Shown: positions 20,034 to 29,673, counted from the first letter of the stretch. The stretch: 53,108 nucleotides of DNA from a virus (IMGVR_UViG_3300031975_000697:1-53108), one strand, 5' to 3'. Numbers and translations: made by a program. Notes: a model not told the origin generated them from the sequence alone.

Positions 20034-22010
20034 ATGGAAGACGTCGTCGTTGAGCTCAAGGGAGTCAACGGCGAGTGGTTCAACCTGACCACGGGGGACC
20101 GTGGGGTCTACTTGGGAACCGATCCCGAGGGGCTCTACGATCCCCCGGTCAAGGTGGTATACGAGGAGCCGGGCAACTACCCCGGCGCCCGATACCTGAA
20201 TCATCGGATTCTTCGGCGAGACGTCGTGTTTGGCGTCGAGATCCTGAACGATGGCAAGGGCTACAACTCCTGGCTGTCTAGGGACTCTGAGTGGCGTAAG
20301 GCGTGGGCGTTTGACCGCGACTGCGAGCTCTACATCACCACGCCAGAATCCGGCACTCGCTATCTGAAGTTGCGCCTCGGCGAATCGCCTGAGGTGAAGA
20401 TGCACACCTACCCGCAAGGTAACACGGTCAACAGGTGCGCGATGGTCTGCATCGCGGGCGACCCGTTCTGGTACGAAGAGGACGTCGTCGCAGAGGCGTA
20501 CACCACGCAGGACACCACGTTCGACCCGAACCCGCTCCCCTGGCCTTGGCCGAAGGAGGAGCTTCCGGAAGAGACGCTCACGATCAGTGTCTACCCCGGA
20601 GACGAATGGGGCAGCAACGGACTAAACCCCACCGACAACTACATCTTCCCGAAGTGGATTCTGCCCGGATCTACCGAGAAGCCAGCAGAGCCATACATTC
20701 CCGGACTTCCCTGGCTGGGAGCACCGAACTCGCCGGCCACCATCTGGACAGTCCCGGACTACTCGTTCGAGGACGACGAACTGGCCAACCGGCGCATACA
20801 GATGCCCGGTCTTATCGGAGGGCTCTGGACCAACGAGGTCCAGCGGATCTACATCGACGGGCGACCGACAGGTGGCACGTTCACTCTGAAGCTCGGCGAA
20901 GAGACCACGGACCCTATCCCGTACAACTGCAACTCCGCTGACATCAAGGCAGCGCTGGAGGCGCTGGCTGCCGTGGCCTACAACGACGTCAAGGTGACCC
21001 GAGACCGTAAGACCAACGAGGTCCAGTACATCGACGTCAGAGGAGGCGCCACCGGAGGTTCGTACCAGATCGAGTTCGACGGATATACCACGAGCCAGAT
21101 CGACTACAACGCAAACTCGTTCGAGATCTGGGCAAAGTTGAACGCCCTAGACTCGACGACCCTCTGGGACATCCGAGTCACCGAAGAGATCGTGCGCGAA
21201 GAACAGATCGTCACGCTCGTAGGAGAGCCCCAAGACGGTACGTTCACCTTGACACTGGACGGGTACACGACAGATCCCATCCCGTGGAACGCGGGTGCGA
21301 TCAGGATGCACAACGAGCTCATCAAGCTCCCGAACATCGACCTGTTCGACATCACCGTCACAAAGGACTGGAAGAGATACGCGCCGTGGAAGATTCGATT
21401 CAACGGAACGGGTCTAGCCGGCGTGGATGTGACAGAGCTGACCGGAGACCCCACAGGTCTGATCGGCGGCGCTGGGATGGACGTCGAGGTAGAGACCATT
21501 ACACAGGGCTCTCACCGCTACCGGGTCGAGTTCCTCGACGAGCTGGCGGCGTACAACCTGCCGCAGATGACCGTGGCGTCCGAGAGCTTCGAGGGCGGAA
21601 CTGACCCGGAGGTCGTCGTCACGACAGAAGTGGACGGGTCCTATCCGTTCGTCGTCGAGTTCCAGAACAACCTCGGTGGACAGAACATGGACCTGGTGAT
21701 CGGTGATGGGTCTGGCTTTACATCGTACGTAGGAACCACACCGCCGACCGTGCGGTGCAACGTGGCCCAAGAGGGCCGCACCTACCCAGGTGAGAACGCC
21801 GTCATCGACACCGATACCCGTGTGGAGCAGGTGGCTTCGGAGAACGGCGCCGAACTGTGGTCTCGGATGAACGGGGTCCGGTTCCGGCACCCGATCCCGC
21901 CGTACACCGAGCGGGGTGATTTTGAACTGACCGTCAGCGGACAACTTCCGGGGCAGCTAGTCACGCTGCGCCTGGTCCGCGCCTGGACTCGACCTTGGGG
22001 GCTTGAATGA
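20034..22010 (+). CDS. minor tail protein (distal tail-like) with internal repeats
   Basis: first gene after tape measure; 658 aa; three NEVQ..GGT/S repeats. Confidence 0.85.
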   Translation: MEDVVVELKGVNGEWFNLTTGDRGVYLGTDPEGLYDPPVKVVYEEPGNYPGARYLNHRILRRDVVFGVEILNDGKGYNSWLSRDSEWRKAWAFDRDCELYITTPESGTRYLKLRLGESPEVKMHTYPQGNTVNRCAMVCIAGDPFWYEEDVVAEAYTTQDTTFDPNPLPWPWPKEELPEETLTISVYPGDEWGSNGLNPTDNYIFPKWILPGSTEKPAEPYIPGLPWLGAPNSPATIWTVPDYSFEDDELANRRIQMPGLIGGLWTNEVQRIYIDGRPTGGTFTLKLGEETTDPIPYNCNSADIKAALEALAAVAYNDVKVTRDRKTNEVQYIDVRGGATGGSYQIEFDGYTTSQIDYNANSFEIWAKLNALDSTTLWDIRVTEEIVREEQIVTLVGEPQDGTFTLTLDGYTTDPIPWNAGAIRMHNELIKLPNIDLFDITVTKDWKRYAPWKIRFNGTGLAGVDVTELTGDPTGLIGGAGMDVEVETITQGSHRYRVEFLDELAAYNLPQMTVASESFEGGTDPEVVVTTEVDGSYPFVVEFQNNLGGQNMDLVIGDGSGFTSYVGTTPPTVRCNVAQEGRTYPGENAVIDTDTRVEQVASENGAELWSRMNGVRFRHPIPPYTERGDFELTVSGQLPGQLVTLRLVRAWTRPWGLE

Positions 22011-23809
22011 GCACTAGCGGAATCGCCTCCAGGGCCGAAGCACAGCGCACTTGGGACACCGTAAGGCAGAGGCAGCAGGACAGGGAACGAGAGCGGCTCA
22101 AGCCGCCTCGGACCCGTTTCTGGGACGGCGACTACACGCTCCGCGGTGAGCTGGTAGGAGAGCGTGGAGGGGACTTCGAGTTCGTCGAGAACGAGACGGG
22201 CACGGCCTCTGTTCAGCTCTCGCTAGACCACTACCTCGCCAAGTGGGTGATGAACCATAAGGGCAGGGCCAAGCGCAACGTCCACGTGACGTTCGAGAAG
22301 CAGGGCGCCCGGTGGTCGGGCCGGATGGTCAACTACGCGGTCATCCGGAAGGAAAGCGGGGACGCCTACCTCGAAGTCACGTTCAAACACGACTACGAAG
22401 AGGCCAAGCATATCTATTGCTGGGCCAACCCCTTCCTGAGGCCAGAAGTCCAGTTCCCCAAGCTATGGGTGATATTCGGACCGGCCAAGTGGTGTTTGCT
22501 GCTGACGCTGTTCGTGAACATCATGAGGCTGGAGTCGAGCCTTTGGACGCTTCCCGACAATCCACTGGACATCACCGAGTGGATGGGGCCTTCGTTCTTC
22601 CCCGGATTTTGGCGGCAGATCGTCAAGCCCTTCCCGTTCTTCTCGGACAACTCCAACCTGACCATCGTCTTCTCTCGGTTCCGGTCGTTCCACGACGTTG
22701 CCAAGAAGACCTTGGCCGACGCCCAGTTGACCCTAGTTCCACGCCGCTACCTGAAGGGCGAGGATAAGCACCCGTTCGCCGTAGGCTCGGGGGCCGGCAT
22801 CCTGTGGGAAGGAGACCTCGGGAAGCTCTACGAGCTGATCCCCCTCCGTCACGGCTGCCTGGTCTGGGACATCGTCGACAACTCCGGTTGGGGCACTGAA
22901 ACCGCTTTCGGCGGTTCGCTTCTCACCGGGCTAGCTCGCGCTGTTGTCCGGATCGCTCAGGACGGGACCACCGAAGGCATAGACGTATTCAGCGGAGACC
23001 CAACCTTCCCCGGTGAGTACTACTCGCCGCACTGGTTCGGCACCATGCCACAGGCTCCGTGGGTCGTCTTCGAGGAAGGTCCTCTAACCGGCATCAAGTC
23101 GTCGGAGTTCAAGTACTTCGAGGCCACGGACACCTCCGTACTGGCAGGGGGGCGCTCAGCCCCCGGCGTGAACGAGGCGATCTCAGCCGGTATCAACATC
23201 GGCGGGGATTTCATTACCTCGCTTATCAACTCGGCTATGGCAGCCGGTGGAGCATTCGGCGCCGCGATCGACCTACCGCCCCTCGGCGGGATGATGGACG
23301 CGGTCCTGAACCCGCTCTACTCAGACGTTTTCTTCGCGTTCTCCGAAACGCCCACGGTGCGCGCGGCTGGGATGAGCCTGCCGATCGCAGGCATGGAGAA
23401 CATCGTCACCGGGCTCGGGGACTACCACTACTACGAAGGGTGGGCCGAAGGGGCAGATAGGGCATTCACCCTGTCAGCGACCCTGGCTGTTCGCTCCAAG
23501 CTCTGGGCCACACGTGCTCACACGGTGCACACGATCAAGGTGTCGGACGCTGCTCCGTACTACATCGGAGAGCGCGGCTACGGCCACTTCTGGCTCGGAG
23601 ATCGCGTTGGCACAACCGTTCTGGGGAACCCGGACCCGTACGTCATCTACGTGGAGCGGGTCCAGAGGATCAGCTACGGGTGGGGTCCGGACGGTCCCAC
23701 GGGCTGGGAGCTGTCGATCGGTTACCGGGAGCCAGAGGACCCGGTGCTGAAGGTGTTCGAGTTGGTCCAGGAGCTCAACTCGTCTCTCGGACAGCTAGGC
23801 ATTCTCTGA
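22007..23809 (+). CDS. minor tail protein (hub-like)
   Basis: 600 aa; WDGDY, RWSGR, GHFWLGDRVG motifs of actinophage minor tail proteins. Confidence 0.85.
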   Translation: MSTSGIASRAEAQRTWDTVRQRQQDRERERLKPPRTRFWDGDYTLRGELVGERGGDFEFVENETGTASVQLSLDHYLAKWVMNHKGRAKRNVHVTFEKQGARWSGRMVNYAVIRKESGDAYLEVTFKHDYEEAKHIYCWANPFLRPEVQFPKLWVIFGPAKWCLLLTLFVNIMRLESSLWTLPDNPLDITEWMGPSFFPGFWRQIVKPFPFFSDNSNLTIVFSRFRSFHDVAKKTLADAQLTLVPRRYLKGEDKHPFAVGSGAGILWEGDLGKLYELIPLRHGCLVWDIVDNSGWGTETAFGGSLLTGLARAVVRIAQDGTTEGIDVFSGDPTFPGEYYSPHWFGTMPQAPWVVFEEGPLTGIKSSEFKYFEATDTSVLAGGRSAPGVNEAISAGINIGGDFITSLINSAMAAGGAFGAAIDLPPLGGMMDAVLNPLYSDVFFAFSETPTVRAAGMSLPIAGMENIVTGLGDYHYYEGWAEGADRAFTLSATLAVRSKLWATRAHTVHTIKVSDAAPYYIGERGYGHFWLGDRVGTTVLGNPDPYVIYVERVQRISYGWGPDGPTGWELSIGYREPEDPVLKVFELVQELNSSLGQLGIL

Positions 23810-23813
23810 TCCA

Positions 23814-23826
23814 CTTGACATCGAAC
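23814..23826 (+). promoter_or_regulatory. repressor operator/stoperator
   Basis: CTTGACATCGAAC intergenic. Confidence 0.85.
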
Positions 23827-23839
23827 TAAAGGACCGCCT

Positions 23840-24340
23840 ATGGAAGTCAAACGCAGCTACAAGAAGCCGAGACGATCTGAGGAGGAGGAGGCCAAGCCCC
23901 TTGACCGGGGGCCGGCTCTCCCTCCGAAGAAGCAGGAGGAGTACATCCTGGAGTGCTTGCAGATGATGCCCGTCGTGGCCGGCACAGGAGCGGTAACGCA
24001 CAGTGCTGTGCTGAAGGGCTGGGCCAAGCATCTGGTCGACGCAGGCAGCACTCACGTCGAATACCTGGAGACGCTGGCAGACGAGAACGGCTACATCCAC
24101 GTGAGCCAACTCCCCCGGCGCAAGAAGAAGCTGGTGGCCCCGATGAGAGGGCCGCGACACGGATACAACAACGCCGCTCGTTGGGTGGACGTCAACGCGA
24201 AAGCAACGCCTCCTCCGGTGGTCCAGGACCCCAGGACGATGACCGCCCAGGAGCGCGAGGCGCAGCTCGGCATCTACCGGGAGATGGGATACATCCCCGG
24301 ACCGGACGCGCGCAGAGACGTAGCAATCGAGATCAAGTAA
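23840..24340 (+). CDS. conserved tail-region protein
   Basis: AAAGGA RBS; WAKHL..G, GPRHGYNNAARWV motif; synteny. Confidence 0.7.
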   Translation: MEVKRSYKKPRRSEEEEAKPLDRGPALPPKKQEEYILECLQMMPVVAGTGAVTHSAVLKGWAKHLVDAGSTHVEYLETLADENGYIHVSQLPRRKKKLVAPMRGPRHGYNNAARWVDVNAKATPPPVVQDPRTMTAQEREAQLGIYREMGYIPGPDARRDVAIEIK

Positions 24341-24355
24341 TTGGAGGTGCCAGAG

Positions 24356-24673
24356 ATGGCAGAGAAGTTGAACGACGCTGATACACAGCCGTTCCCGGTG
24401 ATCGAGGGAGAAGAGACCCCTCCTTGGCACAGCGTCCCGTCACTGGGCTGGGATGCCAACGACGACGGCCACATCGACGAGCTGGAGTCGAATGTCCCTG
24501 AGCCGCTGGTGCTCCGGGGCGTTCTCCTTACAGTCCTCGGCCTGGTCGGGTACGCGTTCGGAGAGACGCTAGACGTCGAGTGGGTCGAGAAGGCCGTGGC
24601 CGCATACGCGGTGCTGGTTCCGCTGGTCCTATCGGTCTGGGCTCGCCGGCACGTCTCCCCCGTTGACAAGTGA
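24356..24673 (+). CDS. membrane protein, candidate holin
   Basis: GGAGG RBS; two hydrophobic segments; C-terminal WARRHVSP. Confidence 0.55.
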   Translation: MAEKLNDADTQPFPVIEGEETPPWHSVPSLGWDANDDGHIDELESNVPEPLVLRGVLLTVLGLVGYAFGETLDVEWVEKAVAAYAVLVPLVLSVWARRHVSPVDK

Positions 24674-25056
24674 GCCTCATCGAAGCGCTGGCAGCCCTCG
24701 GCGTTCCTGCCGGGGGCGTGCTCGGCATCTGGATCAAGTCGGCCTACGACCGCAGGCTGAATAAGGCCAAAGCCGAAGAGTCGCAGTCGATCGTAGAACT
24801 CAACGAGGCGCAGGAGGAGAAGCTCGGCGCTGATGCCGCAGCGGTGATCGCCAACACGGCAATGCAACTGGTTGCTCCTCTCCAGGCTCAGGTGACTGGT
24901 CTAGCGGAGCGCGTAGCGACCCTGGAGACCGAGAACGCTCTGACAAACCGCAGGCTGTCGCTGGCGATGGAGTACATCCAAGAGCTTCTGGGGTGGATCA
25001 AGATTCACGTCCCAGACCGCACGCCTCCAGGCGCCCCTCACGAGCTGAAAGTCTGA
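24670..25056 (+). CDS. membrane protein with coiled coil (possible lysis accessory)
   Basis: N-terminal TM helix then coiled coil; GTGA overlap. Confidence 0.6.
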   Translation: MSLIEALAALGVPAGGVLGIWIKSAYDRRLNKAKAEESQSIVELNEAQEEKLGADAAAVIANTAMQLVAPLQAQVTGLAERVATLETENALTNRRLSLAMEYIQELLGWIKIHVPDRTPPGAPHELKV

Positions 25057-25069
25057 ACGGAGGTAGACC

Positions 25070-26635
25070 GTGACCACGCCGCACCAGGAAGCTCCTGACG
25101 AAGCGTACGTGATCGGCGGCGGGGAGTGGAGGTACGGCCAGGACTACTCCGAGAGCCGGATCTCTGAGATGTTCTCGGTACCTCGCCCGACCAACCTCTC
25201 CGAGGCGGTAGCGGCTCTGGGGGACGCCCTGGAGATGGCTCCTGAAGGCTCCCTCGACGGGATCACGACCGCTATCTCGGGAACCGACGAGAGCAACGTC
25301 GAAGGACGAGAGAGTACCGCCGCGTCGGTCATGGCGGCGCTGGAGGACAAAGAAGATCCGTTCAAGTGGATCAGGGACCTCCGCGATGTGATCGTCCAAG
25401 GATTCACCGGGGACTCCCAGTCGGGATGGTCTGACGGGGACGTATTCCAGACGGCTGCCCAGGTGAAGCGGGAGCAGCTACAGCTCCGGGCCGGCGTAGC
25501 CGCGCTGATGGCCGACAAAGCCGCCAACAACAACTCCGGGCTCTCGTTCGAGGTCGACGTGTCCTCGTACAACCAAGTGATTCCCCCCGAGTTCAACCGG
25601 GAGTACATCGAAGGTTCCGGCTCGGTTACCAACGACGGCGACACGATCGAGCTCTCCAACGACGACCTGCTGGTGATGTACCGGTACACGCCATCGCCGT
25701 TGTTGACCGACTACAGCGAGGTATCGGTCGTTGTTCCCCGGCACGCGGGCAAGTACTTCGGATCGTACGGCGAGCGTTCGATCTTCCTCATCGCGAGAGC
25801 AGACAACACGTTCGACAACCTGTGCATCGCCAGGCTCAACGGCAACAAGGTGAGCGTCGGAAGCGTGAACGGAGGGCTAGCCGGGGGCACGTACACGTGG
25901 TTCGGTTCCGGAGGTACCGGGACTGGGCCGATCGAGGTCCCCGTGGAGCTCGGCCCGTACATCACGTTCCGGGCGGGCACCGTGGGCGGTGCTCGGGTGT
26001 TCCAGTTCCTCGTCGGCAACGACGTCGTAGCAACCTTCGTCGACAACAACAGCGTGTCGCTGATAGGCGAGGACTACAGGTGGGTCGGCTTCGGCCTCTG
26101 GAACGACGCCAACGACGGCGTGAACCGAGTGCCCAACGTCAGCCACCTATTTGCCAACGACAACGAGCCGGCGCCGATCGTGGGAACGATCGCCACGATG
26201 GTCCGCACCAACGAGCAGCAGATCCCCGTGGCCGCTGGGCAGAACAAGCTCCCTCCGGACTTCTTCGACCTACGCCAAGAGGTCTCGACGAACATGGCGG
26301 CTGACCCGGCTACCGGGATGATCCAAGTCCCTGACGACGGGCCGTACATGATCTCGATCTCGTCCCGGACGGGCACCTCGTGGGTGAACAAGTTCGTGTG
26401 GCTGCTCTACGTGGACGGCTTGCCGTTCCGGTACTTCCCGATGCCCACGGTCATGTGGGGGTCGGACGCGCTAGGCGGTACCCGTAAGCCCGACCTAGTC
26501 GGAGCTTCGCTGCCGGTGTACCTCCACGCCGACGACATAATCGAGATCGGCTACGACGCGAACGGAGACGCTGGAAACATCCTCCGTGGTTCGGTTGACA
26601 ACCTGATGACCTACGTCACCGTCGCCAAGATGTGA
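25070..26635 (+). CDS. minor tail protein (possible receptor-binding)
   Basis: GGAGG RBS; MTTPHQ..AYVIG N-terminus; YRWVGFG beta-rich domain; last left-arm gene. Confidence 0.8.
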   Translation: MTTPHQEAPDEAYVIGGGEWRYGQDYSESRISEMFSVPRPTNLSEAVAALGDALEMAPEGSLDGITTAISGTDESNVEGRESTAASVMAALEDKEDPFKWIRDLRDVIVQGFTGDSQSGWSDGDVFQTAAQVKREQLQLRAGVAALMADKAANNNSGLSFEVDVSSYNQVIPPEFNREYIEGSGSVTNDGDTIELSNDDLLVMYRYTPSPLLTDYSEVSVVVPRHAGKYFGSYGERSIFLIARADNTFDNLCIARLNGNKVSVGSVNGGLAGGTYTWFGSGGTGTGPIEVPVELGPYITFRAGTVGGARVFQFLVGNDVVATFVDNNSVSLIGEDYRWVGFGLWNDANDGVNRVPNVSHLFANDNEPAPIVGTIATMVRTNEQQIPVAAGQNKLPPDFFDLRQEVSTNMAADPATGMIQVPDDGPYMISISSRTGTSWVNKFVWLLYVDGLPFRYFPMPTVMWGSDALGGTRKPDLVGASLPVYLHADDIIEIGYDANGDAGNILRGSVDNLMTYVTVAKM

Positions 26636-26645
26636 CGAACAGAGA

Positions 26646-26687
26646 ACCCCCTACTTGGGCTTAATTGCCTTGGTAGGGGGCTTTTTT
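26646..26687 (+). terminator. intrinsic terminator ending the late operon
   Basis: CCCCCTAC...GTAGGGGG stem followed by CTTTTTT. Confidence 0.85.
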
Positions 26688-26699
26688 GCGTTCTACGGG

Positions 26700-26746
26700 T
26701 GTTGTGTACGGAGTTGCCCTAAGCAGTGATTCTCCGGTACACTTCG
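26700..26746. other. candidate attP site
   Basis: imperfect inverted repeat GTGTAC-GGAG...CTCCG-GTACAC in the only intergenic gap 5' of the serine integrase. Confidence 0.45.
26714..26743 (+). promoter_or_regulatory. putative SigA promoter for a leaderless integrase mRNA
   Basis: TTGCCC-N18-TACACT, then 6 nt to ATG 26750; no Shine-Dalgarno. Confidence 0.55.
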
Positions 26747-26749
26747 TAC

Positions 26750-28249
26750 ATGAGCACTGTGAGAGCTGTTATCGGCGCCCGAGTGTCGTATGTACAAGGT
26801 ACCGAGAAGACGTCGCACGAGACGCAGAGGACCAAAGGAGCCGCCTACGCGGAGTCCCAGGGATGGGAGGTCGTGGGATCGTTCGAGGACCTCGACGTGT
26901 CCGCGATCAAGCTCTCGCCGTGGGACCGCCCCGACCTGAAGTCGTGGCTCACCGACCGCACCGACGAGTGGGACGCTCTGATCTTCGCCAAGACCGACCG
27001 TGTGTTCCGGTCGGCGTCGGACTGCGTAAGCCTCGCGGAGTGGTGCCGGCAGCAGGGCAAGATCCTGGTGCTCGTCGATGACGGGATCAAGCTCGACTAC
27101 TTCCACCCCGAGGACGCGAAGGACGCGTTCGCCGGGGCTATGTCCAAGGTGTTCCTGATCTTGGCATCGGTGTTCGCCGAGATCGAGGGGCAGCGGTTCG
27201 TGCAGCGGGCACGGGACCGGGTGGCTTACCTCCGGAACACGGACAGGTGGGGCTACGGCATCCCGCCGTTCGGCTTCCAGGTCGTCGACCACCCGAGCGG
27301 GAATGGCAAAGCCCTGGATCACGATCTGGGAGCGCAGAAGGTGCTCCACGGCGTAGCAGACCAGCTCATAGCAGGAGGCTCGCTGACGGGGATCGTGGCG
27401 GATCTGAACGAGGCCGGCACGCTCAGCCCGCAGGACTGGAACAGAGCTCGATCCGGGAAGCCCACGAGAGGCTCTCAGTGGACCGTGGACAAGCTGAAAG
27501 CGATCCTCCGGAACCCGAGCACCCAAGGGATCAAGACGGCCAACGGGAAGCCCGTCCTCGACGACGAAGGGGAGGCGGTACGGGTGGGTCCACCGTCGTT
27601 CGACCCGGAGACGTGGTCTCGTATCCAGTCCGAGATGGACCAGAGGTCACAAGATCCTCGGAAGCGTAGGCACTCGACTAACCCGCTCCTCGGAGTGGCC
27701 AAGTGCGGAGTGTGCGGGAAGAACATGCGCCAGCGGTCGCAGACCACGCCGGCAGGGGTAACCCACCGCTACTACCTCTGCGGGAACTCGCCGAAGGCGT
27801 GCCCAGGTGTGTCGATGGTCGCGGACGACGCGGAGACCCTCGTTGCCGAGACGTTCCTGGAGGGCCACGCGGAGCGCCGGGTGAAGATCAGGGTATGGCA
27901 GCAGGGCTCGGACCACTCGGCCGAGTTGGAGCAGACGAACCAGACGATCGAGTCGCTGCGCGAGGACCGGGCTCTCGGCCTGTTCTCGACACCGGAGGAC
28001 GAGCAGATGTTCCGGTCGCAGATGGCGGCGCTCATCGCCAAGCGCGACTCTCTGTCGGACAAGCCCGTAGTGAGGGCTGGTTGGGCCGAGATCGAGTCGG
28101 ATCAGACGTACGGGGACATGTGGCCAGAAGCGACTCCGGAGGAGCGCAGAACGATGCTGATCGACGCGGGCGTACGGCTGGAGATCACCAGGCCGAATCG
28201 GTGGGACCTGCACGCCGACTACGACAAGCTCCTCGGCTCCTACGCATAG
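26750..28249 (+). CDS. int: large serine integrase
   Basis: catalytic ARVS, EDLDVS, DRVFRS, recombinase GIPPFGF, zinc ribbon CGVC...YLC...C, coiled coil. Confidence 0.95.
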   Translation: MSTVRAVIGARVSYVQGTEKTSHETQRTKGAAYAESQGWEVVGSFEDLDVSAIKLSPWDRPDLKSWLTDRTDEWDALIFAKTDRVFRSASDCVSLAEWCRQQGKILVLVDDGIKLDYFHPEDAKDAFAGAMSKVFLILASVFAEIEGQRFVQRARDRVAYLRNTDRWGYGIPPFGFQVVDHPSGNGKALDHDLGAQKVLHGVADQLIAGGSLTGIVADLNEAGTLSPQDWNRARSGKPTRGSQWTVDKLKAILRNPSTQGIKTANGKPVLDDEGEAVRVGPPSFDPETWSRIQSEMDQRSQDPRKRRHSTNPLLGVAKCGVCGKNMRQRSQTTPAGVTHRYYLCGNSPKACPGVSMVADDAETLVAETFLEGHAERRVKIRVWQQGSDHSAELEQTNQTIESLREDRALGLFSTPEDEQMFRSQMAALIAKRDSLSDKPVVRAGWAEIESDQTYGDMWPEATPEERRTMLIDAGVRLEITRPNRWDLHADYDKLLGSYA

Positions 28250-28266
28250 GCTCCCTATGCAGTTTT
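28244..28266 (+). terminator. probable terminator after integrase
   Basis: GCATAGG-CTC-CCTATGC then AGTTTT. Confidence 0.5.
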
Positions 28267-28272
28267 GGGCAC

Positions 28273-28318
28273 AAAAAAAGGACCCCCCGAGCAGCCCCGG
28301 AGGGCTGCCCAGAGGGCA
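28273..28318 (-). terminator. intrinsic terminator for leftward transcription
   Basis: GCAGCCC-CGGA-GGGCTGC stem with nearby A7 (T7 on minus strand). Confidence 0.7.
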
Positions 28319-28323
28319 CGCGA

Positions 28324-28590
28324 TCAGTTGGGGCTGACGAGTACGGGAGGCTTCCAGGGGAGGGAAGCTGGCCCACCGAATCCGAACGGGCTGGCAGCCT
28401 CCTGGCGCCAGTAAGACCCGTCCTCGAAAGGTAGCCCGTTGCAGTACGGGATCAGCGCCACGTTACCGAGACCTCCTTGGCACCAGAGGCTACCGCCGTC
28501 TGGCATGTGCGGATCTCGCTCCTGAGCGCCCGCTGGCGCGGACGTAGCCAGAGCTCCAGCGACTACCGCAGCTACAACCAGCTTCCTCAC
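28324..28590 (-). CDS. small secreted protein
   Basis: signal-peptide-like MRKLVVAAVVAGALATSAPAGA; two Cys. Confidence 0.7.
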   Translation of the reverse strand: MRKLVVAAVVAGALATSAPAGAQERDPHMPDGGSLWCQGGLGNVALIPYCNGLPFEDGSYWRQEAASPFGFGGPASLPWKPPVLVSPN

Positions 28591-28600
28591 AACTTCCCCT

Positions 28601-28795
28601 CTACTTCTTGGCGACGGTTACGGCGCCGGCTGTCCCGGCGACCGCTACCCCGAGGAAGACCAGGAAGAAGGCGAAGTCAGCCACTCCCCAGCCGTCCTCT
28701 AGGAAGATCTTCAGGTCCACTACGACGAGCAGCCAGAAGATCAGCGCGACGAACGCCAGCACCGTTGACACGGCAGCCTTAGCGAATGTGCCCAT
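28601..28795 (-). CDS. small membrane protein (2 TM)
   Basis: 64 aa, two hydrophobic helices. Confidence 0.7.
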   Translation of the reverse strand: MGTFAKAAVSTVLAFVALIFWLLVVVDLKIFLEDGWGVADFAFFLVFLGVAVAGTAGAVTVAKK

Positions 28796-28799
28796 ACAG

Positions 28800-29435
28800 C
28801 TACCGTACCGTCTCCCAGTTGCTCGCCGTCGCAGAAAGGATCTCCGATAGGTCCTTGTGCATCGCCTGGTTGATCGCTTCGAGGCACCTCCGGTTGATCT
28901 CTTGCGACAGGTCCGGGAGGTAGTTGGCCTCGACGACCTCGTCCGGGATGGTAACGATCCTCCCGTAATGAGGGGGTATCTCCTGGCCGACCCCGAACAT
29001 CAACCGCTGCGGGAAGCCGTAATACATCAACTCCTCGGCCCTCAGCTTATCCAGCTTCTCGGGCCAGATCACGTGAGCGATGCCGGCAGCCTCGATCAGC
29101 TTCTCGCAGGCGTAGCAGGGCTCCCTCGTCACGTATAGCGTGGCGCCGACTAGATCCTCTCGGTCGCAGTAGAGGAGAGCGTTCGCTTCCGCGTGAATGG
29201 CCACACAGCGAGTGGCTCCGCTAGAGTAATCGCTAACTCCCGGTTCCGCTTCCGACACTCGACGAGGGCACGTCGCACATCCTGACTTGCCCGAAGGCGC
29301 TCCGTTGTAGCCCGTTGCTCGGACTCGGCGGTCTTTGACGACGACTGCACCGACCTTGCTCCTTTCGCAGTCCGATCGGGAGGCTACTGCCTCCGCGATG
29401 ATGAGGAAGTACTCGTCCCAGTCAGGCCGTGACAT
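28800..29435 (-). CDS. deoxycytidylate (dCMP) deaminase with C-terminal extension
   Basis: RPDWDEYF, GYNG, HAEANA, PCYAC motifs. Confidence 0.92.
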   Translation of the reverse strand: MSRPDWDEYFLIIAEAVASRSDCERSKVGAVVVKDRRVRATGYNGAPSGKSGCATCPRRVSEAEPGVSDYSSGATRCVAIHAEANALLYCDREDLVGATLYVTREPCYACEKLIEAAGIAHVIWPEKLDKLRAEELMYYGFPQRLMFGVGQEIPPHYGRIVTIPDEVVEANYLPDLSQEINRRCLEAINQAMHKDLSEILSATASNWETVR

Positions 29436-29673
29436 CGCCCTCCTCCCAGTCGAATTGGACGTCGTAGATCGAAACCCATTCAGCTTCGGGAGGACCTGGC
29501 CGTCCCAGTCTGAATAGGAACAACATCGACCCGGCTCCGGGGTAGTTCAGTGCCCAGACTTTCCCGTTCCAGAGAACCCTTCGGCCCTTTAGGTAGTCGG
29601 GGTTGGCGAGCAGCCAGTCGGGGTCTTCGTACTCCGGGAACTCGACGTAGCACTCATCGCACACGGATCTCAC
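29422..29673 (-). CDS. hypothetical protein
   Basis: ORF packed in leftward operon; start uncertain. Confidence 0.6.
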   Translation of the reverse strand: MRSVCDECYVEFPEYEDPDWLLANPDYLKGRRVLWNGKVWALNYPGAGSMLFLFRLGRPGPPEAEWVSIYDVQFDWEEGDVTA

